A stretch of 64,000 bases of DNA from Octopus sinensis (Eukaryota): the NCBI RefSeq assembly GCF_006345805.1, contig NC_042997.1, forward strand, positions 8,680,001 through 8,744,000, written 5' to 3'. Below are positions 37,657 to 49,161 of this stretch, piece after piece; positions within the stretch are counted from its first letter, which is position 1; the number at the start of each line of letters is the position of its first letter. The position numbers were made by a program, and so were the translations under genes. Below the pieces are notes generated by a model. The model was not told where the DNA came from and searched no databases. It was given only the letters and a program-made list of their open reading frames with translations.

Positions 37657-38030
37657 TCTATTATATAAAATCTGTTCTGTCTGTCTGTGTGTGTGTCTTC
37701 TAGGATCTCGGGCATCCTCCATTTGATTGCGTTCAAATTTGATATGTAGATATTGACAGTATCAGGGCGTGTATAAGTCTTGAAAAAATTACAAAAATTG
37801 ATTCCAGGTGAGAATGCAATCGATAAAGCCGTGGGAACGTGCATTTGTACGCACAAGTACATCATCGGTTGTGATCGATACTACACGTACATGAGAAAAA
37901 TGCACGTGCAGTTTGCTGGCTTGAAATAATTCCCCAAAATGGAATGGTCGGACAAGTTGTTTTGAGAAAATTTGGTTTCAATGTTTGACAACTCAGCACC
38001 ATCCATTGGACGGGGGGGGGGGTTGCTCGT
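37657..38030 (+). mobile_element. Helitron-type non-autonomous element
   Basis: TCTATTATATAAAA 5' end followed by (CTGT)/(GT) repeats and a CpG-rich body; GC-rich 3' end; no clear CTAG. Confidence 0.55.
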
Positions 38031-38062
38031 GCATATATATATATATAAATGTATGTATATCT

Positions 38063-39092
38063 ATATATTAACAGAGAAGTAGCAGACAGCCAATGATCTT
38101 GTAATGAGCAAAATAGCAAGTTCTAAAATCTGTAAATGGGGTATAATTGGTAACAATACTAGATGGTAATATTTTTTTGCAACTATAACATAAACGTTTT
38201 CCTGGGGTTAATATGTAATAACATAGTTCTTTATAGAACAGCCATGTTATAGTGGCAAGAAAACGTTACCATCTAGTATTGTTACTACTTATATCTTGCC
38301 TAGAGATTTTAAAGCTAGCTATTTTACTCATTATTACGAGATCAGCGACTGTTTGCCACTTCTCTGTTTATATATTATGAGTAGGGACGATTAAATGCCA
38401 TTTCTAGCAGGAAGCTGTCCAGTACCAATGAAGGGTAAATACCCAGAAACCATAGTCAACTGGTTTCTGCTTGTAAAAAGATCAGCGGCTGTCTGCTGTT
38501 TCTCTGTTGATATATTGTGAGCAGAGAAGATTGACTGCCAACAAGCGAGTTCTAAAATCTCTAAAGGAGATATAAGTAGTAATAATACTAGACAGTAAAG
38601 TTTTTTTACTTGCCACTATGATGTGGCTGTTCTATAAAGAATTATGTTACTACATTTTCACCCCAGGAAAACGTTTTCCCAACTGGTTAATGACACACAA
38701 CTTGTGTCCAATATACTGTGAGTAAGGGAGCAAATCACTCCCCTCCAGCTTGGCAAGAGCAGTAGACTATGGTTTCTGCTAGAGATGGCAATCAATCGTC
38801 CCTACTCTCAATATATAAACAGAGAAGCAAAGCAGCAAACAGTTGTTGATCTTGTAATAATGAGCAAAATAGCTAGTTCTAAAATATCTAAGCAAGATAT
38901 AAGTAGTAACAATACTAGATGGTAACGTTTTCTTGCCACTATAACATGGCTAACTATGTTACTGCAATTTAACCCAAGGAAAACGTTTTTATTATTGTGG
39001 CAAAAAAAATATCACCATCTAGTACAGATTTTAGAACTAGCTATTTTGCTCATTACAAGATGTGATTGTCTGCCACTTCTCTGCTAATATAT
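38063..39092. mobile_element. Compound foldback element built from six copies of one ~190-bp unit
   Basis: 38063-38462 is the imperfect reverse complement of 38760-39092, and each arm is itself an inverted pair of the unit AACAGAGAAG...TACTAGATGGTAACGTTTTCTTGCCACTATAACATGG. Confidence 0.8.
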
Positions 39093-39132
39093 AAATATAC
39101 ATACATACATGCATATATATATATATATATAT

Positions 39133-39465
39133 ATACTTTGATACTTTGATACTTTGATACTTTGATAGGTTTCGGCCATTATTGGCCCAGGCCATGTCTA
39201 ACTTAATAGCACCACCTGGTGAAGTCTTTCAAGTCAGAATTTGGGCACTATGGCCCACTCAAGTAGAGAGTTATTGTTTACAGAGACATATCCGGGTGTA
39301 GGGGGTTTATCCGGGATTTCTTGAAGGAATCTGTCCAAAGACTTCTTGAACCCTATAGGGTCAGTTTCTGTTTTAATGTGTTTTGGTGTAATGTTAAAGA
39401 GAGCGGGGCCAATTGAGGTGAAATAATTGTGCCGTATTGTTGTTATGAGATGAGAGTGCGATTTT
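39133..39465 (-). mobile_element. CR1/Jockey-group LINE 3' end with 8-bp tandem tail
   Basis: C-terminus NYFTSIGPALFNITPKHIK...FKKSLDRFLQEIPDKPPTPGY...NSLLEW*; tail (TCAAAGTA)4 at ~39133-39165. Confidence 0.8.
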
Positions 39466-41110
39466 TCTATATATATATATATATATATATATTGTATATG
39501 ATATATACATATTTTGCAAGGTACACCATAATTAGTCGTAGCTAGGCAATTTTCATTGGAGGTACTCAAAATATAGCCTCTAAATTATTCATTACTTAGA
39601 GCTGTGACAATTCTACAGTGTGAATGATTATGTGAAAAGATTTCTGATATGTGATAGAAATTAGATATGCTTGATCTTAACATCATGAGAGAAATAACAC
39701 TTGTTTTTTTGATGAAAGCCAAATAAGTCTAGAAATTAATTGGATCGATCCTTTTTACTGCACATAGACAGATAAACACTGTATTATTGCAATCACCGTC
39801 TACTTTCCCCCAATGAGGCTAAATTGTATGTTTATTAAAAAGGAATATCTTATATTCGAATATATCTGTAAATATATTAATTGGCAATCTCTTACAGGCT
39901 TCTGATATTCAGCTATAGCCAGCCAGGCAAAACTTCTTTCAATAGAAAACACACACACACACATAGACATACATATATAGACATACACCTGAAACAACAT
40001 ACATGATTAAGAAGAATTGACAATGGAATACATCTCATCACATTGGCAGTCTATTTCTATCTCACTGTCATATTTATATTACTGCCTGCTGACAACTGTT
40101 ATGGAGACCAACTAGCCAATTCTTATTCAAGAGAAAAGCTTATTGCATCTAATACATTTTTCTTTACTTTTATTCTATTTTATTGTCTAACTTTTTTTTT
40201 TACGTGATACAATATGGGGTTTCTTCTTACTTGGTAAAAATATTACTCTCTAGCTTTGGCATTAGTCAATAACTTTTTAAGATTTCACTATATTGCTGTG
40301 TAATATGCAAGACACTAATACATTACTGCATTCTTGTAAGACACCTGTGTATTACTCATAGTTATTTTATTGACCCTGAAGTTATGAAAGACAAGGTCTA
40401 TCCTAATGGGATTTGAACTCAAGAAACAGAACAATGTGAGAAAACAGAAAGAAAGAAAGCAATATAGAATTGTGTGTTCTATTTCTACCACACCATTGTA
40501 TTTTATAAGGTAAAAGTACATGCCAAAACTGTATCTCCATGAAGACCCAACAAGTAAAACCATAATATTAATAGATGTTCATTGTGCTGAATTTCTTCTA
40601 GCAGAATATCTGGTAACTGTATCCAACAAGCAATGTGAAATAAAGTATACTCTTCCCAGTGGCACTACAAAATGTTAACAGAGCAACCTCTATAGGATAA
40701 TCACTGGTAGAACAGGGCCAAACAATAATTACTGGAATTTATCCAAACATCGTAAATAATGAGCAGGTAGAAAAATTTCTTTTCTGTTTTGTGAATTCAT
40801 TCGTATGAAATGAGATATATAAACAGTATGTATTAAGGGAGCTAAACCAGAAGTTGTGGTATTAATGCTTTTCCAAATAGGATTAGTTGCACAAGAAATG
40901 AAAAGCTGAAATTAAATTAAAGATTCAAATTGCTAGAACGTGTCATTTGATCTATGATACATCAGACATCCCTCAATAGAGCATTGGTTGAGCTAATGGG
41001 GAGGACTGTATGTGGCTGCTTCACTTACAAGAAATAACAGTGAAAGCCCCTTCCATCCTGATTAAATCACAGCCAACAGTCTTACCTTTGTTTTTTTTTT
41101 ATCATACAAT

Positions 41111-41584
41111 CATACAGTTACGTTTATATATTTGTTTTGCAAGATTCTTGATGTGAAATCGTGTGTTGAAACAGATATTGTTGTATTTAGGAATGGTCGT
41201 GTTGCCAGTTTAGCCAATAAAAACACATGCACTATATATTTGGTGTTCATTTGCTTCAGCTTTATTCATTTTTTACATTAATCTTAATCTTATTTCAGCC
41301 AGAGTTCCTTTGTCACACTTCTGTGACCTCATCAGTGGTCCTTTGCTTTCTTCTTTCTTATTTGTGTGTCTCTCTTTACTAACGATCAACCGTTTTTCAG
41401 CCACAAATAAGAAAGAAGAAAGCACTGATGAGGTCACAGAAGTGTAACGAAAGAACTCTGGCCGAAATAAGATTAAGATTAATGTAAAAAAATAAATAAA
41501 GCTGAAGCAAATTAACACCAAATATATAGAGCGTGTGTTTTTATTGGCTAAACTGGCAAAATGACCATTCCTAAATACAACAAA
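41111..41584. mobile_element. Palindromic element (~190-bp arms) resembling inverted Penelope termini, with 10-bp TSD
   Basis: 41174-41366 pairs with 41402-41587; ATCATACAAT at 41101-41110 and 41585-41594; each arm carries CTGATGAG...GG(C/T)CGAAAT-like motifs. Confidence 0.8.
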
Positions 41585-43603
41585 ATCATACAATTGTTTC
41601 CTATGTTTGGATGGTAGATATGCTGTCATAGAATTGGGGCAGTTTTACACATGTACAGGTCCCTAATACTGTGAACAGTATGCTCTTAAAAGCTTTCTAG
41701 TAATTAATCCTTGCTAGGCATGCATATTTTCCATTTTGCAATGATTAGTAGCTGACCAGCTTACCAAACATTTTGTTTTTAACAAACCTTCCTTCTGATA
41801 AATTGTTATTATTTTCCAAATAAGCAGACAATTATTTTGTTTTGTTTTTGAGTAGGGGAGGGGAAGCAGTTGTCAGTGAATAGTGCTTCTCCGCAGGTAA
41901 CTAATTAGGTGTTGATTACATAGTTATCGTTAATTTATTGAATGTAGTCACTTATAAGTCTATGTGTACTTGTGAAGTATTTTAACTATAAATTGGGAAC
42001 TCTATAAACTCTAAAGTCTTCTAGTAGTTCGGTTCATTGATTGAATTTTAAATTGCTTATTAATTATTTTGGGCCATACTTGTAGTATCTCTGCATTAAC
42101 CTTACATTCCATATTTTCTCACTGTGTGTTACTTTTTCATTGTGTGTTAATATTTCTCTATTCATGTATCTTTATAGAACTTTATATTGTTTTTTTTCTT
42201 CAAATGCATTATCTTATCTGGAAAATCACTCACAGTTTATCAGGCATGTCTTTACTGAGATCAAATTTATCAATTTTTCTTTCATTTCCAGGATAGCTTG
42301 CCTTTTCTTGATGTGTCTAATTTCTTTTTTATACTTCATCTTGATTTCTTCTGTTTTTTTTTTTATTTCTATTATCATTATAACAAAGTTTCACACTGAC
42401 CATGCCAACTTAGTCGTGTTTGAGATTTAGTACTAAGTCTCTTCAACTCTCAAGGAATTTGAAAAGAATTCTTTTTGCAGATACAAGCTGACAGATATCC
42501 GCAATTCCACTATCTAAGTCTCAATTCTGATGTAATGTCTCTAACTCTCTTGATTAGCTGTTTTCTGTTTTCTATCAGTTCTTCTATGGCAGCAAACACA
42601 ACATTCATTCACGTTTTAGAATTTCCTCAATTTTCTGATCAAATTTAGAGATTTTTTTTTTAATCTTTCTTTCTTTCATTTGCATCAAACCTATGATGAT
42701 ATGGAATTGAAAAATCTATAATTTTACTTATTTAAATTTTCTTTACCATAATAATATCTGGTCTCTGAATCTTTAGCTGTCATTCACAAAAAACAAAAAC
42801 AATAATAATCTGGTTAGTAACAATGCTTTCTTTTCATTTATTTTATTCCTTATTTCATTGTATCCTCCTAAAGTATCATTGTTTTATCTTATGTTTGTGT
42901 AATCTTGCTATGTTCACACACTATGTGATTATAATATAATTTCGTCACATTTTCAACACTTAATTAGTAGTAATCTCTGTTTATTCATGCTTTAACTAGA
43001 CTTTTCTTTCACCTGTTGCTTCTTCTTCCTGGTTTCTTCTTCGTGGTTGTCATTTGCCTGATAAACTGTACGTATGACAATTTCTCTTTCCAATTTTCTT
43101 GTCCTTAATTTATTTTCTTTTGATTGTAATGCATTTATTTGTTCATGCTCAATTTTTCCTGAATATGCACACACATTTCTCTTTTCTTTCTTTTTTGATG
43201 ACTGAGCTTCAGAAATTTGTTTTGTAGCCACATGCTTCCAAGAGCGTTTCCAGAATCTGAGACCATGGGCAAATATTTTCTGCCATTGCCTTAAACTGAC
43301 CAAAGCCTTGTGAAATAAATTTGAAGAATAGAATTGTGTACAAGAACACTGTAGTTATATATCTCTTCTTTTTTTAATTATTATAAATCTTCCACTGAGG
43401 TAGGAGCCAGTTTCCAACAAAGACACAAGGCACCATCTTTGGGATGTAGTTAACACAGACAGATTTGGAATTTGAGAAAAGTCTTGCATATTTTTACTGT
43501 TCCATTCACAGATTGCACTTGTAATGTATGAATTAGCTGGTCGATTTCTCTTTCTGTAAATCTCAGTTTATCCAGATTCTCCTATGTATGTATGTATGTA
43601 TGT

Positions 43604-44152
43604 ATGACACATGGGAAGGCATAGCTATTGATCGTAGCAGGTGGAGAAGGATTGTGCACGAGGGGACAGCCACTTCTGAGAAATCTCAAGTTGCACATGA
43701 GAAAGTAAGGAGGGGTGTCAGGAAGGGCATCGCTGTTACACTTCCAGATGGGAAGGGTCTTCCTATGATGCTGACATGCAGTGTCTGTGCAAGACCCTGC
43801 CTCAGTAAAGCTGGCCTCAAGAGTCATCTTCATAGTCATAAAGCGAGACGGATGAGTGACAACTTGGCCACTGGTGGTGGTGGTATAACACACCATACTA
43901 ATCATATCTGTCGGGCATGTGGAAAAGAGTGTGATTCAGCAGGAGGACTTAAACGACATGCAAAGGTACATGAAGCCAAGTTGCAGCTGGCTATTACCGG
44001 TAAAGGTTTTAGTTGCCAATTCTGTACAAGACATTGTAGATCTTTAGCTGGGCTAAAAAGTCACATTCAATCACAGCACCAGTAATGGTTAAGCTTCATG
44101 CAATGGCCATACTCGATAACGAGGAGGCAGCCATAATGTATGTATGTATGTA
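43604..44152 (+). mobile_element. 5'-truncated RTE-clade LINE 3' end with intact ORF terminus carrying three C2H2 zinc fingers
   Basis: DTWEGIAIDRSRWRRIVHEG (RTE thumb end), then CSVC..HLHSH, CRAC..HAKVH, CQFC..HIQSQH; short UTR ending GAGGAGGCAGCCAT plus (TATG)n tail; (TATG)n also on the 5' side. Confidence 0.85.
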
Positions 44153-44856
44153 TATATTATCCTCTCATTTATCATCTCCTATCCTATTCAGTGAACCATG
44201 TTGCCTGAGGTAACAAGGGATAGCGAAGCAAACTATTAGTACACAAGCCCTCCAGTTTCATTCTTTATCATATTTACTCAAACATTTGCCATTCAACTGT
44301 CATTTCTCTCTCTTAATATGACTCTCAAGCACTAGTGCTAGTGCCACAATAAAATGCATCCAGTATACTCTGCATCATCTTTGATTCAAATAATGCTTTT
44401 GATCAAAAGTATTTCGGTCATGATCAATCCCGTCCTATTGTGGGACCTTGTATATATATATATAGTGTTTTACTCTTTATCTTTTATTAAACTTTTAATA
44501 CTTTTGATATATATAAAAAAAAATTAATTAATTAATTAATTAGTAAATAAAATAATATATAAATATAAAAATATACATACATACATATATATATATATAT
44601 TTGTATATATATATTTGTATATATATATAAAATTTATAAGTTTAAATACTTTTTTATTTTTAACTTTTATATTTTTAAATTAATTTTATGTATTGGCTTA
44701 TGTTTTTCACTGTTTGATTTGCCTAATAGTGGTTTTATCTCTAATTTAATATAATATAATATATATTATATAATATAATATATATATACTATAAAATTGG
44801 ATTTAATCCTAAATCTAATTTTTCCCAGTAAGTTTGGATTTATTCCCTAATATTAT

Positions 44857-44903
<47 letters not shown>

Positions 44904-45481
44904 CTTCTTATTTTAAGATGATTGGATATGATTCTATGATTTGATGGATAATTGTCTACTGTTTCTAATAGATCAACTGAATAACTAAAAGCTCACTTCA
45001 TGCTCTGCTTCTTGTATTTTTGATTTCTCAGACATTGTTCTTCCTATTCTCTTAACTGCAAGCATATCACTCTTGTATATCACAAACTTCATCCAGAAAT
45101 GTCTCCTGAACATGAAATGCTGTATTAAAGAACCACTAATTTTTTTGCTTTCTTCAATAAAATTTTCAGTAATCCATCATCATTAATGTTTATTCCCTTC
45201 ATTATTTTGGGCTAATATATGGTTTAATCATCAGGGAAATATAAGACAGGAGGATCAAAATAATTACAAATTGATGTGTTGCTAATGAATCTCTTTGGGA
45301 AAATACCTCTTTTAATTTCAATTGAACTATCTCATTCATTACATCATTCTCTCTCTCTGCAGTGAAGATTTGAATTGCATCATATGCCTCAAATATTTAC
45401 AGTCACTTTAGAATTCAGTTTTGGTGTATTATACAATATACTTTTCAGCATTCACTCTATTCCATTGCTGAGTAAAACACA

Positions 45482-45640
45482 GGCATGTGTGATTGAGACG
45501 CTTGCTTCCCAACCATATGGTTTTGGATTCATTCCCACTGTGTAGTATCTTGGTAAAGTGTCTTCTATTGCAGCCTCAGGCTGAACACCAAAAACTTGTG
45601 ACTGGATTTAGTAGATGAGAGCTGAAAATAGCTCGTGATA
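45482..45640 (+). mobile_element. Degenerate SINE family B 5' half
   Basis: CTTCCCAACCATATGGTT, AAGTGTCTTCTATTGCAGCCTCAGG modules. Confidence 0.65.
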
Positions 45641-46032
45641 TATATATATATATATATATTTGAGTAGTTGAATGAATTATCTTATTATGGATAATTCGGT
45701 TAACCGATACCTGAGTAGCAAATTCACGTCAGAAAAACACGGTTGAAGCTACATGCCTAGGGCAGAGATCACGTGCTTTCGTGTGGAAATTTGTGTGTTT
45801 TGTGTGATTATCGCTATGGGCTCCGTGTGGGCAGTCATCTAAAAGTTTTTGTGCATCTTGATGCTGACATAAGTTCCTTGTTTTTCCTGATGAAAAGGCG
45901 GCATAATGCACCCCTTATTCCTTCGAAATTAGGAATATGCAGCCTTCGAAACACATGTCGAAAATAAAGGAATTTTGTTAATTCGTCGTTCAACTCCATT
46001 CTTTCATTTATTTGTATATATATATATAAATA

Positions 46033-46574
46033 CAGGGTTATTCAGAAAGAATGAACCAACTTCATTACACAATATTTTAATAAGGAAAAGCAATAGAGAA
46101 CTCCAGCTAAGTCACAAGTATTTACTCACAATTAACTTTTATTTCCTGTCTTACAAGTGTTCAATATAGCCACCACCTGCAGCATGGGCAACATCAATGC
46201 AATAAGAGAATTCCTCCCAGACTCTCTTTGTGCTTGGCTTGCCAGATCCCCAGATCTCACTATGTGTGATTTTTTTCTTGAGTGGATGTGTAAAAGATCA
46301 TGTTTATGTTCCACTGCCACCCACTAACCTCAATGACCTTAAACATCGAATAACAACAGTGATCAACTCAGTGGATCTTGATGTCCTGATATGCGACTGG
46401 GAAGAATCCTCTTATTGCATTGATGTTGCCCGTGTTGCAGGTGGTGGCCACATTGAACACTTGTAAGACAGGAAATAAAAGTTAATTGTGAGTAACTTAG
46501 CTGGAGATTTCTATTGCTTTTCCTTATTAAAATATCGCATAATGAAATCGGTTCATTCTTTTTGAATAACCCTG
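46033..46574. mobile_element. Tc1/mariner-derived non-autonomous element with ~180-bp inverted ends
   Basis: TA-flanked CAGGGTTATTCA(G/A)AAAGAATGAACC ends; 46033-46220 pairs with 46397-46574; centre encodes a transposase C-terminus (WLARSPDLT.CDFF...GCVKDHVYV...GGHIEHL*). Confidence 0.88.
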
Positions 46575-46578
46575 TATA

Positions 46579-46800
46579 TTCTTTTATTCTCCTACTTGTT
46601 TCAGTCATTTGACTGTGGCCATGCTGGAGAACCATCTTTAGTCAAACAAATCTACCCCAGGACTTATTCTTTGTAAACCTAGTACTTATTTTATCAAGAT
46701 CTTTGGCTAAACTGCTAAGTTATGGGGACATAAACACACCAGCATCAGTTGTCAAGCGATGGTGGGGTGACAAACACAGACGCACAAATATATACAAATA
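46579..46800 (-). mobile_element. SINE family B 3' half
   Basis: TACTTGTTTCAGTCATTTGACTGTGGCCATGCTGG ... ACAAACACAGAC. Confidence 0.8.
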
Positions 46801-46842
46801 CATACACACACACACACACACATACACACACACACACACACA

Positions 46843-46873
<31 letters not shown>

Positions 46874-47690
46874 CATATAAAATTATGTGTAAAAAATATA
46901 TGAGCAATAAAACTATGAAATAATATTTCTATAAATATGTAAAAAATATATAAAAAATATATAAGAATTATAAGTATAAAGTAAAGAGAGATAAAAAGCA
47001 TGTATGTGGACGCAATATAGAAAGCAAGTTCTATCTGTAATCTGTGTGGGGGGAACCAAAATGTACCAAATATTGAGCTACGTATGGACATGACCCGGAA
47101 AGTTCAGTTCTTGAATTTAGACATGTAGCAGCGTCTAAGCTGCTTTTCCAGGTGAGCCATCTCTCCATATCGCATAGACTGCACTTTCCACTGCCGTTGG
47201 TGTAGGGCTTACATTTGGCTAAGTGCTTCCAATGTATGTTATAACTGACACCTTTATCTTTTAAGGACCATATATGACTGGATAATTTGGTCGTTTTCCT
47301 TTATTCCCAGTGCCTGAAGCTCAAAGTTTGATTATTGAACCTGGCCTTAAAATTATCCTCTGTAAGGCCCACATATTTCTTCATCAAAACCATGTCCTTA
47401 GTGGATATAGAGTTCACGGTGGCTTCATAAATGATTGTTTTGGACATGCAAGCTCCATTTAGCAGGCAGAAATGTTTATGCCTGCATGAACAGCTGGTTT
47501 TATGTTGTGGTTTTTGTGTGTTGTGTGCGATTATATTCTAAAAATTAGTAGTTAAGCTGAAACTGATTTTTAAGTTATGTCTATTGAAGAGCTTTCTGTA
47601 ATTATGGTTGACTGAAAAATGTCTATCCATCAGTGCTAAGAAATACTTGCCTATATTAAAGGTCACTTTGGGTGAGTAGGAATGTGTGAA

Positions 47691-48470
47691 CTAGATAGTT
47701 TTCCTATTCCTATGTTTCCTTTTCTTTATTATTGGACTGGTGGAAGGTGTATAGGTTATTTCCTCGCTAAATCCACTATCTTTTAGAGCCTTATTATATA
47801 CTGGGGCAATGCTATCAAAAATGTCCCTATTGGAGGAGAGGCTAGAAATTCTTTTGCTAATGTTTTTAATTAAATTTTTAAACACTATGCGAAGATGGCA
47901 GGAACCCACATTAATATAACTAAGTCTGTCGTTGGGCTTCCTATAAGGTTTATAAATATTCTTATTTAGATCTGAGGATACATCTAGGAAATTGACAACT
48001 GTCAGGTTGGTATCAGTAGATATGCTAAGACCAAAAGCTTTCATCAAATGGATAATTTCCTTCCTAAACCGATTCTGCGTTGGTCCATTGGTATTTGCAG
48101 TTAAAGCTAGGGCATCATTTTTATAAATAGCGAAGTATATGTTGGGAAAAGTCTTGCCCAACATATCAAGTAGGAATAGTCCAATAAGATCACATATGCC
48201 TGCTCCATCATATGACCCCATGCTCACATCAAAAGCACCCGCTGTATCAGTAGTCTTGACCCACTCTGTGTTCTCGCTGCAGAGTAAAGTCTTTCTAGCA
48301 TGGAAGATTATGTCCTTATCCTGTATACTGATTTCTATGAATTCGCTTGTGAAGGTGAGGGCTTTATCTAGCAGTTTCTTAGAGATAGAGGCATAAAAAT
48401 CAACAATATGTGGGAATCTCGCTTTATTCTTATTCTTAATGGCTTTAAACCAGTCAACGACTTCTAAACT
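47691..48470 (-). pseudogene. Penelope reverse transcriptase ORF remnant (~260 codons open)
   Basis: ORF track 47691..48713; the N-terminal ~85 residues derive from the inserted foldback and microsatellite; catalytic DD lost. Confidence 0.88.
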
Positions 48471-48472
48471 TA

Positions 48473-48583
48473 GAATCAGATACAAAGTATAGATGGGAAG
48501 ATCAGAATGGATTTTGAATGAAAAACACTCTAAGCCCATGGACACTGCATGGACACACAGAGAAATATATAAATATATATATG

Positions 48584-48642
<59 letters not shown>

Positions 48643-48733
48643 GTGTGTATGTCCATGCATGTGTGCATGGACTTAGAGTGCTTTTCATTCAAAAGCCATT
48701 CTGATCTTCCCATCTATACTTTGTATCTGGTTC
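48473..48733. mobile_element. Foldback/MITE-like insert, ~90-bp arms around (TA)n/poly-T
   Basis: GAATCAGATACAAAGTATAGATGGGAAGATCAGAATGG... pairs with ...CCATTCTGATCTTCCCATCTATACTTTGTATCTGGTTC. Confidence 0.85.
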
Positions 48734-49161
48734 GTTGCATTTTTTACCTATCACTCTATGAAAACATGCCAAACATCCCACTTCAGTAATGGACTTACAA
48801 ACTACTAAAAATGCATGCGTCTTACCAACAACATTCTGCCACACATGGTAGGGAAATGTACGTTTTATAACACTGCAACATACTATGTGACCCAATGAGG
48901 TTTCTTCTGCACTGTGGGGTGAACTTCACTCCATTATATTGTTCCCTACTCATTAGGGAGCAGTGCAGATGTAAACCAAAATGATTGTCATTCTAAATAA
49001 AGCTTACAGTACACTGTCTTCCCTATCAATTATTTAATATATATGTATGTATGTATATATATATATATATATATACATATATATATGCATACGTATGTGT
49101 AACATATATATACACACATATATATATATATACACACACACCCACATACATATATATATGT

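Larger units (their letters stand above)
47030..49000 (-). mobile_element. Penelope retroelement (RT + GIY-YIG), interrupted by a foldback insert
   Basis: RT VVDWFKAIKNK...FDVSMGSYDGAGICDLIG...YKND (YRDD mutated)...NFLDVS...YKPYRKPN; GIY-YIG CSCRHKHFCLLNGAC...IIYEATV...YVG...TKLSSHIWSLK...CSLC. Confidence 0.92.

Noticed and set aside
43588-44085. Host C2H2 zinc-finger transcription factor gene
   Set aside because: The start Met comes from (TATG)n, the N-terminal part is RTE thumb sequence, and the 3' end has an RTE-type UTR and tail; treated as a LINE fragment.
45670-45995. CpG-rich island as a promoter
   Set aside because: Short, wedged between transposon remnants, no adjacent exon; more likely a young unclassified repeat fragment.
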